DNA of 64,000 bases from an uncultured Polynucleobacter sp. (GTDB taxonomy: Bacteria; Bdellovibrionota_B; Oligoflexia; Oligoflexales; RGVZ01): positions 1,293 to 65,292 of the forward strand of contig CAYOEM010000012.1 in the NCBI GenBank assembly GCA_964402975.1, read 5' to 3'. The translations under genes were made by a program, and so were the position numbers. The notes below the pieces were generated by a model. That model ran no database searches. It worked only from the letters and a program-made list of their open reading frames with translations, and was not told the DNA's origin. Positions within the stretch are counted from its first letter, which is position 1. The number at the start of each line of letters is the position of its first letter. This document shows positions 24,803 to 34,899 of this stretch, piece after piece.

Positions 24803-27550
24803 ATGAAAAAACATATCTGCACTCATTACATATTGGCTATGGGCTTAGTCGTCACAGGTGGTTTTCTTGGCTGCAAGCAAAGGAACACTGATTCAAAGAC
24901 GACCAAAAGCAATTTTAAACTAGACCGCCCGTCAGAAGCACTTGTCAGTGCATTAACGTCCGGAAAAGAGCGGCGACTCTTGGTGGTGGTTCGACATGAT
25001 CCTCAAACTCTTGGCCTGAGCAACCTCCTGCAGACGTCGACTTCTGACGAGGCGATCACGGCGAGAGCTGCGAAATTTCGCAGTCTTAAACAAGTAGTAG
25101 TGGACTCTGCGCTTAGTAAAAAAATTAAGATAGAAGACTCTTATAGTCATCTTCCTGTCCTGAAAGTCATTGCAACGGGTATGAGTGATCTTGTAGCACT
25201 CGCCAACGACTCTAACGTCGTCAGCATCTCTGAGGACGTAAAATTCAAGTTCAATTCAACAGCAAATCTTAATCTTATAAAACAGCCAGAAGCTGCATCC
25301 AAAGGGTTCTTGGGCGCAGGCACATCGGTAGCCGTCCTCGATACAGGCCTTGACTATAAGAGAGCTGCCTTTGGATCGTGTACAGCGCCTAATACCCCGG
25401 CTAGCACATGCCGTGTGGCGCACGTCCAAGACTTCGCTCCCCAGGATAATACCTTGGACGACTCAGTTCTTCATGGGACTAATGTTGCAGGAATCGTCGC
25501 TGCAGTTGCTCCGGGAGCTAAATTAATTGGTCTTGATGTATTTGACGGCGACGGTGCTTATGGCTCGGATATCATCAGTGCCATCAATTGGGTCATAGCT
25601 AATAAGGCGAAATATAACATTGCGTCGATGAATATGAGTTTTGGTAGCTACGGCTTTTCTGACTGTATTGGCGGTAGTCTTCCTGTTGCTATTACGGCTG
25701 CAAGAAATGCTGGCGTGCTATCAGCTGCGGCTGCAGGTAACGTCGGATCTATATATCTAGATTATCCCGCCTGTTCCCCAAATGCGATTTCAGTCGGCGC
25801 TGTTTTTGACAGTGACATTGGTACAGTTGATTTTGGCTGCACCGAAAAACAGATATCAGCGTCTGATAAAATCGCCTGTTTTTCAAGTCTCTCTTCAGAT
25901 CTTAAAATTTTTGCCCCCGGAGTTCGTATCACCGCCGCCGATGTCACTATGTCTGGAACAAGTCAGGCAACCCCGCACGTTGCGGCCGCCCTTGCGGTTT
26001 TGAAGTCGGCGTTTCCCTCGGAAACGCCTGATCAGCTACAAGATCGCCTGACTGGTACTGGTAAAATCATCATACCCCCAGAGTACCCTGGTCTACGGCT
26101 ACCCAGGCTTGACTTGGCCGCTGCTGTTGGTCCAAGGTGCCAGTTTATAATGCCACCGGAAATCAAAACGCTTGAGGCCTCACTTGAAGTGCCCATTAAC
26201 ACGGGAGTTTCATGCAAGTGGACGGTTACATCTAATGTGAGCTGGATGACGGTTGCGGGAGCAAGTGGTACAGGTCGGGGAAACTTTTTGCTAAATCTAG
26301 AAAAGCCATTGACGACGGAGCGCTCTGGCACTTTGACTATGACCGGCGACGGCGCCAATGTGGCGGTAAAAGTTGTTCAGCCGCCTGACACAGAAGGCCC
26401 AATAGGATCGTTTGTTATAAATGGTCACGGCGGTAACCAATACACGTCTGAACGCAGGGTCACGCTTGTCTTTAATGTTACAGACATCAGCGGCATTGAT
26501 GCCATGTGCGTATCAGACACGTCATCTTGTAATAGTTTTGTGCCATTTTCCCAGTTTTATCAGTTTGATTTAAGTGCCGGCGATGGTGTCAAGACGGTTT
26601 ATGTATTGCTTCGAGATAAGTTAGGCAACACAACGAAGCCAGATCAGGCAATTAGAAGTACCATTATCCTAGATACCACGCCGCCAACAGGTGGCCGTCT
26701 TCTGGCAAAAAAGGCATCTTTAGATATGCATATTGATCTGGAGTGGGACAGTTTTACAGACGGTGAAACTGAAATTAAAAACTATACGCTGGTGTACTCG
26801 GCCGTGAAAATGCCTGGATCATGCCTGGAAGGTGATGTGCTTTATAACAGTTATGGTCGGGGTCGAGTCCATGGCCCGCTGAGCCCTGGAACTTATTACT
26901 ACCGAGTCTGTGCGCGAAACGCGGTTGGCTTAACGTCAAGTGGTGTTACAGCGACGTTTACACTTGCTCCAATCGATGTGACACCCCCGGTTGGGTCTGT
27001 AAAGATCAATGCCGATGCGTCGTTTACGCGCTCCGCGGCGGCCACACTTGCGCTTCAGGCAACGGATCCAAGCGGTGTTGTGAGGATGTGTGTCAGCACA
27101 TCAGCTAGCTGTTCAAGTTGGGAGAAGTTTGTCGTAACAAAAGCCATCACCCTGCCAAAAGGGGAGGGGCGGAAAGCAGTGAACGCATGGTTTGAAGACG
27201 GGCGCGGCAATCGAAACATAAACCCCGTGGGCGATACCATTATTTTGGACTCAGTCGCGCCGTCAACTGGTCGGCTCTCAGCGCGTGCGCAAGGCAGAAA
27301 TGCTATTTTATCTTGGGGTGCTGGATCAGACGCTAATGGTGTATCTGGCTATCGACTAGTTTATAGAGGAAGTAGTGCGACGCCTCGCTCGTCTTGTTCA
27401 GACGGCACGCCGGTTCAATTAACACCTGGCGCGTTGTCGGTCACAGTGCCTAATCTTGCTCCGAGAACGACGTATGTATTCCGCGTTTGTGCGGTAGATA
27501 ACGCGGGTAATATCGGATCGGGCTCTACGGCTTCGGTGCGGATACCGTAA
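24803..27550 (+). CDS. secreted subtilisin-like (S8) serine protease with duplicated C-terminal Ig-like/FN3-like modules
   Basis: Catalytic triad motifs VAVLDTGLD, HGTNVAGIVAA and SGTSQATPHVAAA. The signal peptide has a Cys. The C-terminal half contains two copies of a ~190-aa module. Confidence 0.9.
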   Translation: MKKHICTHYILAMGLVVTGGFLGCKQRNTDSKTTKSNFKLDRPSEALVSALTSGKERRLLVVVRHDPQTLGLSNLLQTSTSDEAITARAAKFRSLKQVVVDSALSKKIKIEDSYSHLPVLKVIATGMSDLVALANDSNVVSISEDVKFKFNSTANLNLIKQPEAASKGFLGAGTSVAVLDTGLDYKRAAFGSCTAPNTPASTCRVAHVQDFAPQDNTLDDSVLHGTNVAGIVAAVAPGAKLIGLDVFDGDGAYGSDIISAINWVIANKAKYNIASMNMSFGSYGFSDCIGGSLPVAITAARNAGVLSAAAAGNVGSIYLDYPACSPNAISVGAVFDSDIGTVDFGCTEKQISASDKIACFSSLSSDLKIFAPGVRITAADVTMSGTSQATPHVAAALAVLKSAFPSETPDQLQDRLTGTGKIIIPPEYPGLRLPRLDLAAAVGPRCQFIMPPEIKTLEASLEVPINTGVSCKWTVTSNVSWMTVAGASGTGRGNFLLNLEKPLTTERSGTLTMTGDGANVAVKVVQPPDTEGPIGSFVINGHGGNQYTSERRVTLVFNVTDISGIDAMCVSDTSSCNSFVPFSQFYQFDLSAGDGVKTVYVLLRDKLGNTTKPDQAIRSTIILDTTPPTGGRLLAKKASLDMHIDLEWDSFTDGETEIKNYTLVYSAVKMPGSCLEGDVLYNSYGRGRVHGPLSPGTYYYRVCARNAVGLTSSGVTATFTLAPIDVTPPVGSVKINADASFTRSAAATLALQATDPSGVVRMCVSTSASCSSWEKFVVTKAITLPKGEGRKAVNAWFEDGRGNRNINPVGDTIILDSVAPSTGRLSARAQGRNAILSWGAGSDANGVSGYRLVYRGSSATPRSSCSDGTPVQLTPGALSVTVPNLAPRTTYVFRVCAVDNAGNIGSGSTASVRIP

Positions 27551-27571
27551 CTAAGTCTCAGTTCAAAAACC

Positions 27572-28198
27572 TTAAAATACAAACCCCAGAGTGCCGTACG
27601 CCGATATGGACGTGGAATCGGAGACACTCTCGCTAAAATAGACGGGAACTTGGATCTCACCGCCAAGAGTTAGGCCAGAGAAGTTTTTCTCAAAAGCAGC
27701 GCGAAGTTCTGCATAAAGACCAGATTTAGTCTCGCTTGATTTGTAGCCATTACCGATCCCAAATAGTGGAGGGATAGTGACACTGGTCGAGACGCGACCC
27801 ACACCCACACGGCCACCTAGTCGAATGACCGATTCAGAACCTGCATAAGCCGCGTAGCCAGCGCCCCCCGCCATTCTGAAAAACGTCGCGGAAAATAGCT
27901 CCCCGCCCCATTTCACATAATCGACGCCTCCATCAAAGGCGACTTTCTCACTTAGAGGAATAGTCGTGGCAGCGCCTGTAATGAATGCGGAATCGTCATT
28001 GAGAAAAATACCTAGTAAAGCCCTTGCAGTTCTTTTTGAGGCCATTCCAGAACCCAAGCTCGCCTCAGTTTGCTGGGCTAAAGATATTTGAGAGGTGCAA
28101 GTTAGGATGGCTAGAGTGACGGCTATAAATTGGAAGCGGACGGGACGGATTTTTTTTTGTCTAAAAATATAAATCATGAGCTTTTCCTGAAGTTCCAA
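27572..28198 (-). CDS. small outer-membrane beta-barrel protein
   Basis: Signal peptide, Gly/aromatic-rich strands, C-terminus GTLGFVF. Confidence 0.6.
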   Translation of the reverse strand: MELQEKLMIYIFRQKKIRPVRFQFIAVTLAILTCTSQISLAQQTEASLGSGMASKRTARALLGIFLNDDSAFITGAATTIPLSEKVAFDGGVDYVKWGGELFSATFFRMAGGAGYAAYAGSESVIRLGGRVGVGRVSTSVTIPPLFGIGNGYKSSETKSGLYAELRAAFEKNFSGLTLGGEIQVPVYFSESVSDSTSISAYGTLGFVF

Positions 28199-28226
28199 GA
28201 GAGCTCATTCTAGCATGGGTCGAGAT

Positions 28227-28520
28227 TTACTTCTTTTGCAAAATGCGAATGAGTGCACCGACGGTGTGCTGCTTTTCAAGATGGTGTCTCAGGGGCCTAT
28301 TCAAATCGACCGTATAGTGGTTGACGCGGCCCACTCGCTCCCTAATCAAATAGCCGGCGTCTTCGAGTTCCATGACGATCTTTTGAACCGCTCGCTCGGT
28401 GATGCCAACCAAATTGGCGACCTCTCTTAAAACGATCTCACCCCGGGAGGCAATAACAAGTAGGACGTGAAGGTGGTTGGTCAGGAATGTCCATTCCCGG
28501 GTATTTTCTGTTTCGCTCAT
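28227..28520 (-). CDS. ArsR/MarR-like winged-helix transcriptional regulator
   Basis: LREVANLVGITERAVQKIVMELEDAGYLIRERVGRVNHYTV. Divergent from dabB. Confidence 0.65.
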   Translation of the reverse strand: MSETENTREWTFLTNHLHVLLVIASRGEIVLREVANLVGITERAVQKIVMELEDAGYLIRERVGRVNHYTVDLNRPLRHHLEKQHTVGALIRILQKK

Positions 28521-28606
28521 AAAAGCCCCCTTTCCATGGAAATATTAGCATCTTACGATAACTAAGTCAAGAAACGTAAGTAGCGAATATTAAATACCGA
28601 ATTAAA

Positions 28607-28630
28607 ATATACGATATATATTGCGTATAT
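28607..28630. promoter_or_regulatory. AT-rich dyad (candidate operator) between the wHTH regulator gene and dabB
   Basis: ATATACG-N10-CGTATAT in the divergent intergenic region. Confidence 0.3.
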
Positions 28631-28692
28631 TGAAATTTGCTGGTAGTGTTTTTCCAGGCAGAGAAGCCACCTATCTGAGGAGGGTAACCAAA

Positions 28693-30195
28693 ATGAATCG
28701 ACAGGGGTTAGGCGTAAGATTAGTCCATTGGACGCTGGTCGCGCAGGCTGTATTAGCCGTGGCCTTGTTTGCTTGGGAGGCGATGAACGGAGCCGGAACC
28801 TTTACGGTTCTAAGAGGCATGATCGCTGGTTTTGATTTGAACTTGTCGTTTAGAGTGGATGCATTATCGACAGTTCTATTTGCCATGATTTCAGTTCTTG
28901 GTGCCGTTATTAGTCAGTACTCGCTTCGCTATCTTGACGGCGAGGAACGCCAGTCCTACTTTTACAAAAATCTATTGTTTACAGTGACAGCGGTCTCGTT
29001 GCTGGTACTTTCCAGTAACTTGATCATGTTCTTTCTTGCCTGGTGTCTTTCAAGCATTGGTCTGCACCGGCTCTTGTTGTTCTATCCACAACGACCGCTT
29101 GCTGTTGCGGCAGCGCGCAAGAAGTTTTTAATCAGTCGACTGGGAGACCTTTTCCTGTTGGCAGGTTTTGGTATCTGCTACAGCGTCTTCAAGTCATTTG
29201 AATTCGAGCGTATTTTTGCCCTCGCGGCGGACCAAACATTTGCCTTGGCCAATGGCACTATGATCGCGGCGTCTGGTGTTTTCTTGGCTCTGGGGGCTAT
29301 GACCAAATCCGCCCAGTTCCCTCTTCATTTCTGGCTTCCTGAAACCATGGAAACTCCAACGCCGGTGTCGGCACTGATGCACGCTGGAATCATCAACGCT
29401 GGAGGCTTTTTAATTATTCGGTTAAGTCCACTTCTAACCCATGTTGAGCTCCCACACTTGATCCTGACGTTTGCCGGTGCAGCTACTGCCGTATATGGCG
29501 CACTCGTTATGATCACCCAAAACGATATTAAAAAGAAGCTTGCGTATTCGACGATCAGTCAGATGGGCCTCATGATTTTTGCTTGCGGCTTGGGCGCGTA
29601 TTCTATCGCTCTGTTCCACATTATCGCCCATAGCTTCTATAAAGCGTACGCATTTCTTTCCACGGGTGATTTGATTGTGGAGTCCAAGAAATCGGCACTC
29701 CAACTTGCACCTTTCGGCGCATTGTACAGTGCTACTGCAACTGTTGCTGGTTTAGCTGTGCTGTATTACGGGGTCGTCTACCAGAACGGTACTCACTTCT
29801 CTTATTTTGCATACGCAGGTCTACTGATCATTGCTTTGATGCAATGTGTTGTGGCTTTGCCAAAGAGTGACTTTTCGCGTCCTCGATATTTCGCATCGAT
29901 TGCAGGCATGATGTTTTTAGCTGTCGCAATTTATGCCGGCATTGAAATCTACGTTAACACGAGAATGGAAGGCCTTGTCGCCGATACACTTGATGTGGTG
30001 ACACTCAGCTCGCCGATATTTGCAGTGTCTGCATTATCACTTGTGATTTTTGGCGTTGGGTTTCACCTGGCCGGCAAGCTTTATCGACCTGCTGATGCGT
30101 TTTCAAAACGTCTCTATGTTCGCCTGTGGAATGGCCATTATTTTGGTCAAAAATCCTCAAAAGTGCTTTCTGCCGTATGGCCAGTACAGAGTTAA
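28693..30195 (+). CDS. dabB: DabB, the NuoL/ND5-like proton-conducting membrane subunit of a DAB inorganic-carbon pump
   Basis: Multi-TM protein with NuoL/MrpA-type motifs (KSAQFPLHFWLPETMETPTPVSALMHAG). Sits directly upstream of a DUF2309 gene. I prefer the ATG at 28693, which has GAGGAGGG 9 nt upstream. Confidence 0.85.
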   Translation: MNRQGLGVRLVHWTLVAQAVLAVALFAWEAMNGAGTFTVLRGMIAGFDLNLSFRVDALSTVLFAMISVLGAVISQYSLRYLDGEERQSYFYKNLLFTVTAVSLLVLSSNLIMFFLAWCLSSIGLHRLLLFYPQRPLAVAAARKKFLISRLGDLFLLAGFGICYSVFKSFEFERIFALAADQTFALANGTMIAASGVFLALGAMTKSAQFPLHFWLPETMETPTPVSALMHAGIINAGGFLIIRLSPLLTHVELPHLILTFAGAATAVYGALVMITQNDIKKKLAYSTISQMGLMIFACGLGAYSIALFHIIAHSFYKAYAFLSTGDLIVESKKSALQLAPFGALYSATATVAGLAVLYYGVVYQNGTHFSYFAYAGLLIIALMQCVVALPKSDFSRPRYFASIAGMMFLAVAIYAGIEIYVNTRMEGLVADTLDVVTLSSPIFAVSALSLVIFGVGFHLAGKLYRPADAFSKRLYVRLWNGHYFGQKSSKVLSAVWPVQS

Positions 30196-30228
30196 TCAAT
30201 TTAACTTACGGAAGAGGGAGTCTTAATT

Positions 30229-32724
30229 ATGTTTGATGTCAAAGCGGAAAAAAATAACGTGAAATCAAAAACAAAACAACAATCCTGGAAGCCTATTAAA
30301 ACCACGCTAGATGAGGCGCTGACGGTGTCCACACCATCGTGGCCCCTGCAGAACACGGTCGCAGTGAATCCGTTTTGGTTTCGCCGCGGGCAGAAGTTCG
30401 AGGATGTCATTGGTGATCTTTATAAAGTGATCCACAAGGGTCTTTATATGCCTGTGGAATATTATCTTGAGCGCTATGCTAATGGTGAAATCTCTCAGGC
30501 TGGCCTTCAATCGTCATTGACGAGGCTCAGTAAAAAGTGGGCCGGCGTACCTAGTCAGATTGGGGAGTTTCTCAAGATCAGTCAGACTGAGCGTCTAGCG
30601 AGGCAGAAATTCAAATCCCTCGGTGACTACCTGGATGAAAAATTTGGAGTGGGCGTGTCCAAGCTACTTTCAGCCGAGACGTCTCGTTACGCCGCCGCGT
30701 ACTTGGATAGCCGCCAGGCGTTGGCAGCTTATCCATGGCGTGATCAGGATTTTTTAAGCGGCTGGCTGGAGGCCAGTCAGTATGATCAGAGTCTTGAGTC
30801 TCAAGGTCTCTGCCGTCTATCTGCCGTCACAGCCAAAATCAAATCAAAGAAAGCTCCAGAAGTTATTGGCGAGGTTTTTGAACTGCTTGGCATCAGTGAC
30901 TCGCAATGTCAACGCCACATTCTGGAAAGAATGGCTGTGAGTGTATTGGGTTGGATGAGTCAATTTAAGTATGTTGAGTGGCAAAAAAGTTTGGGCTACG
31001 CTATGGAGTCACGAGCCGAAGCTGCCGATCTTTTGGCAGTAAGGTTAATCTATGAGCTTGTGGCCTTTGAATCCTATAAAACAAAATATCCAAGTGCCAT
31101 GGATGCGTGGCGTACACAAGTCATTGAATTCGAGGAACGTGTATCGGATTCGGCTCATCGTACTCCTGTTGAGCTGGTCTGGCAGGCTGCATTCGAGGAA
31201 AGTTATCAAAAGCATGTGGCGTCTGATCTATACACAGGCCCCCTAACCACCCAAGATGCTTCGACAGGTGTTGATGCTCAAATCGCATTTTGTATCGACG
31301 TGCGCTCAGAGATGATTCGCAGGCATATCGAAGCAACGGATGGGCGCTTGTCGACGATTGGCTTTGCTGGGTTTTTCGGTGTTGCCATGGACTACAAGAA
31401 AATCGACGAGAAGGAAGTCGGTCACCGCTGCCCGGTTCTTTTGACTCCGGCCGTGACGGTTAAAGAAACCTCAAAAGATCAGGGACATAAGGATGTCTCC
31501 CGGAAAATCACGAGAAAACTCACGTTGTCCTACTTTAAGGCTCTGCGAAAGGCGCCGCTGTCGTCTTTTGCGTACGTGGAAATGCTGGGAATTCTCGCGC
31601 TAAAACCTATGCTCACGAGAACGTTACGATCCATGGCGGGTCAGCGAAAAGTCGATAAAGTGCCAGGGAGGTTTAACTCCGTTAAATACACGCCAGACAT
31701 GACTAGTTGTTCTCCGATGGCGGGCGGAACACTAAGTGTGGATGATCTAGCCGGACGAGCTGCCGGTATTCTCAAGCATATGGGTCTTCGCTCGGGATTT
31801 GCCCCACTTGTTATCGTTGCTGGTCACGGTAGCCACACGACCAATAATGCCTTTGGTTCAGCTCTTGATTGCGGTGCCTGTGGTGGGCATGCCGGTGATG
31901 TTAACGCTAGAGTCCTGGTGGCGCTTTTAAACGATCCAAAGGTGAGAGACGGCTTGCCGAAGCACGGTATTAATTTGCCGAAGGAAACCCACTTCGTTGC
32001 TGCCGTCCATGAAACAGTAACTGATGACGTCTACCTACTTGACGAGGAGGCAATTCCTGCTGCGCACCGCAAATCCGCAGAACGAATCAAGCAGTCATTG
32101 GCTTTAGCTGCATCAAGAGCCAGGGTTGAAAGACAGGGAGCTCGGTCTCAGTTTATGGCAGATCCGGCAGCTAGAAGAGCGATCAACTGGTCAGAAGTTA
32201 GACCTGAATGGGCTCTGGCTGGCAACGCGTGCTTTATCGTTGCGCCACGAGTTCGTAGTAAAGGCATGAACCTCGGTAGCCGCTCGTTTCTTCATGACTA
32301 CGAGTATACGAAAGACGAAGGCTATGGGACTTTAGAGCTGATTATGACAGCGCCGATGGTCGTAACAAACTGGATCAATCTGCAGTACTTTGCTTCCACG
32401 GTGGCTCCAGATGTGTACGGAGCAGGTAATAAAGTTCTTCACAACGTTGTAAACGAATGCGGTGTTATAGAGGGTAATGGCGGGGATCTGAGAGTTGGTC
32501 TTCCACTCCAATCTGTTCACGATGGATCAAAGTTCGTTCACGACCCGTTAAGACTTAGTGTCTTCATCGAAGCCCCTAGAGACGCCATGGAGGCTATTAT
32601 ATCCAAGCATCAAGTCGTTCGAGACCTCGTGGATAATGAGTGGCTGTATCTTCTGCAAATCAACAGAGAGGATGGTTTGGTTTACGTAAGACGGCCTGGA
32701 GGCGTCTATGAGTGTGTGAGCTGA
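30229..32724 (+). CDS. dabA: DabA (DUF2309/UPF0753), the putative carbonic-anhydrase-like subunit of the DAB pump
   Basis: 831 aa. Motifs FCIDVRSE and AGHGSHTTNNAFGSALDCGACGG supply the Cys/Asp/His/Cys zinc-site residues known for DabA. Confidence 0.88.
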   Translation: MFDVKAEKNNVKSKTKQQSWKPIKTTLDEALTVSTPSWPLQNTVAVNPFWFRRGQKFEDVIGDLYKVIHKGLYMPVEYYLERYANGEISQAGLQSSLTRLSKKWAGVPSQIGEFLKISQTERLARQKFKSLGDYLDEKFGVGVSKLLSAETSRYAAAYLDSRQALAAYPWRDQDFLSGWLEASQYDQSLESQGLCRLSAVTAKIKSKKAPEVIGEVFELLGISDSQCQRHILERMAVSVLGWMSQFKYVEWQKSLGYAMESRAEAADLLAVRLIYELVAFESYKTKYPSAMDAWRTQVIEFEERVSDSAHRTPVELVWQAAFEESYQKHVASDLYTGPLTTQDASTGVDAQIAFCIDVRSEMIRRHIEATDGRLSTIGFAGFFGVAMDYKKIDEKEVGHRCPVLLTPAVTVKETSKDQGHKDVSRKITRKLTLSYFKALRKAPLSSFAYVEMLGILALKPMLTRTLRSMAGQRKVDKVPGRFNSVKYTPDMTSCSPMAGGTLSVDDLAGRAAGILKHMGLRSGFAPLVIVAGHGSHTTNNAFGSALDCGACGGHAGDVNARVLVALLNDPKVRDGLPKHGINLPKETHFVAAVHETVTDDVYLLDEEAIPAAHRKSAERIKQSLALAASRARVERQGARSQFMADPAARRAINWSEVRPEWALAGNACFIVAPRVRSKGMNLGSRSFLHDYEYTKDEGYGTLELIMTAPMVVTNWINLQYFASTVAPDVYGAGNKVLHNVVNECGVIEGNGGDLRVGLPLQSVHDGSKFVHDPLRLSVFIEAPRDAMEAIISKHQVVRDLVDNEWLYLLQINREDGLVYVRRPGGVYECVS

Positions 32725-32763
32725 CGCCTCGCGCGGTAAATAACTAACTTGTTTCGAAATCGC

Positions 32764-32807
32764 GCTCCTCGGGTGGTGCCAAATCACCTGAGGAGCTTTT
32801 TGTTTTT
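32764..32807 (+). terminator. rho-independent terminator after dabA
   Basis: 12-bp stem GCTCCTCGGGTG / CACCTGAGGAGC with one G-U pair, followed by TTTTTGTTTTT. Confidence 0.7.
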
Positions 32808-32918
32808 AGAAACTTGGACAAAGAATTGTCCAATTTTTTTTGCTAGGCGCTTGACGCCAAATAAATGATGATTATTTTTCGTTCGCTCATTCAACTAGAG
32901 AAGACCATCAGGGGGTGA

Positions 32919-33380
32919 ATGATGAATGACTTTATCATGACGTGCTTGATTGGGATTGCAGCAACGAGTCTTATGACGTTAACACTGTATTTTTTTCATT
33001 GGCGGGGTTTTGCTAATGGAGACATGGTCAGAGCGCTTGGGAGTCTTATCACACGGAAGTATGAAAATTCCCTAAAGCCTGGACTGGCTATTCACCTTGT
33101 AAGCGGTGTTGTATTTGCTTTGATTTACGTTTTTGTTTGGAGCATGTTCCCCGATATCTCAAGTGCTAGTGTTGCGCGGCATATCCAACTTGGTGCGTTT
33201 TGCGGATTTGCTCAAGGTCTAGTGACGTCTATATCGCTTGTAGTCTTCGTAGCAGAGCATCATCCATTGGAGCAGTTTAGGGTTACGGGCATTAACGTCG
33301 CTGTAGTGCATTTGTTTGCTCACGTCGTTTACGGCGCGACAGTGGGCGGTTTGGCTGGAGCTTTACACTTGGCGTTCTAG
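32919..33380 (+). CDS. four-TM membrane protein, unknown function
   Basis: 153-aa hydrophobic ORF between dabA and the LysR gene. Confidence 0.55.
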   Translation: MMNDFIMTCLIGIAATSLMTLTLYFFHWRGFANGDMVRALGSLITRKYENSLKPGLAIHLVSGVVFALIYVFVWSMFPDISSASVARHIQLGAFCGFAQGLVTSISLVVFVAEHHPLEQFRVTGINVAVVHLFAHVVYGATVGGLAGALHLAF

Positions 33381-33402
33381 ACAGAGCTCTTAGGAGTTAA
33401 CG

Positions 33403-34284
33403 ATGCGTAACTGGATGAACTATCATCATCTACTATATTTTAAGACGATTGCCGAGCACGGCAGCGTGTCGAGAGCTGCATCATTGCTGAGGCTTGGACA
33501 GCCAACTCTTAGCGCCCAACTAAAGCAGTTTGAAGATACCATGGGCGTGCAGCTTTTTCACAGGGATGGCAAAAGGCTCGTCTTATCAGAGCAGGGCAAG
33601 GTGGCACTTGAGTACGCTAAAGATATATTCTCCAAGGGTGGAGAGTTGTATCAGGTCTTGCAGAGCTCAACCGTTGCAAAAAAAACGGTATTTAGAGTGG
33701 GTTCTATTGATGGTATTGCCAAGCAAATTCTTCTTAGCTTAACTCAGCAGGCCAGAAGTTTTGAAAACTGTTGTGTTATAGTCACTGAAAGTAAACCAAT
33801 CGATCTCATGAGAGAGTTGGAGAGCGGCAAGATTGACATCGCCGTAACGAATTTCATTCCCGAAGGCCTTGACCGCAAAATAATTGCTCACAAAATTCTC
33901 TCGAAAAAGCCGGTCTCCATGTATGCAGCACCCTCTTTGAAGCACCTGCGAGATGATTTTCCAAAATCCATCTCCGGAAAGCCAATAATCCTTCCGACTT
34001 ATGACAGTAAGCTTAGATACGATGTTGAGCATTGGGGGAGAGTTAAGCGCGTCATGTTTGATGTGATAGCTGAAAGCCAGGATATTGGTCTTAAAAAGTT
34101 TATGGCTATTGATGGCATGGGTCTAATACCTGCGGCAAGTCATACGGTGATGCGCCAGATTCTTGATGGTCAGCTGGTTGAAATCGGTAAGCTAGAAGGC
34201 GTGACCGAGCAGGTGATGATGTTATACCGAAGTGCCGCTAAAAACAAAATTCTCGAGCATCTAATCAAAGATGCCGAGTTATAG
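33403..34284 (+). CDS. LysR-family transcriptional regulator (NhaR-like N-terminus)
   Basis: MNYHHLLYFKTIAEHGSVSRAASLLRLGQPTLSAQLKQFEDTMGVQLFHR. 293 aa. Confidence 0.85.
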   Translation: MRNWMNYHHLLYFKTIAEHGSVSRAASLLRLGQPTLSAQLKQFEDTMGVQLFHRDGKRLVLSEQGKVALEYAKDIFSKGGELYQVLQSSTVAKKTVFRVGSIDGIAKQILLSLTQQARSFENCCVIVTESKPIDLMRELESGKIDIAVTNFIPEGLDRKIIAHKILSKKPVSMYAAPSLKHLRDDFPKSISGKPIILPTYDSKLRYDVEHWGRVKRVMFDVIAESQDIGLKKFMAIDGMGLIPAASHTVMRQILDGQLVEIGKLEGVTEQVMMLYRSAAKNKILEHLIKDAEL

Positions 34285-34406
34285 AAATAATCGATAACAG
34301 ATTTTCAAATTATCTATTTTTAGCCAGTAAAACCGTCCATTATACAGCACGGGAAAGGGCTTTAAGTCCGGAAAAGTCCTGATATTGTTTCGGTGGGAGG
34401 TGGCCG

Positions 34407-34703
34407 ATGGAGATCATAAATTTCCAAAATCTAGAATCTTCCAAGCTTGCATCGGATATGGTTTTAAACCCGATTAGAAGGGTGACCGAAGGCGCTTTCG
34501 CGTGGCAAAATCTCAAACCTCATCTAAGTCTCACCGTCGCGAAGCATGATTCTAAATCGTCCGCGTCAGCGGATTTTTTTGCTGTAAAGCTCATCTTGCG
34601 CCTACCGGATGGGCGCTGTTTTGATTGCGAGAAAAAAGCAGAGACCCTAGCGTGCGCAGCAGATAGTGTGTCGCTTGCTTTGCGTAAGTTTTTAAATCGC
34701 TGA
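34407..34703 (+). CDS. small protein with an HPF/RaiA-like (S30EA) pattern
   Basis: GGGAGG RBS. The predicted beta-alpha-beta-beta-beta-alpha order and the C-terminal helix AADSVSLALRKFLNR resemble ribosome hibernation factors. Judged by eye only. Confidence 0.3.
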   Translation: MEIINFQNLESSKLASDMVLNPIRRVTEGAFAWQNLKPHLSLTVAKHDSKSSASADFFAVKLILRLPDGRCFDCEKKAETLACAADSVSLALRKFLNR

Positions 34704-34745
34704 AGCGAGAAAAATCGTCTTAAAAAGTTTTTTACACGTCTAGAA

Positions 34746-34766
34746 GCCCGCCACCTGGCGGGTTTT
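34746..34766 (+). terminator. rho-independent terminator
   Basis: CCCGCC-ACCT-GGCGGG followed by TTTT. Confidence 0.6.
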
Positions 34767-34899
34767 GGCATCTTTATCGAAATAACCGATAACGAAATTG
34801 AAATTTATCGATTTTTATGCCCGAGATTTTTTAGCGTAACGTTTTTTACGTGAGCAAAAGTCAACGAATCGCAAAAAAGCGAGAGAAATGGAGGCCAAC

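Noticed and set aside
28621-28692. TTG-initiated 24-codon extension of dabB
   Set aside because: The strong GAGGAGGG RBS sits in front of the internal ATG at 28693, and the extension overlaps the AT-rich regulatory dyad.
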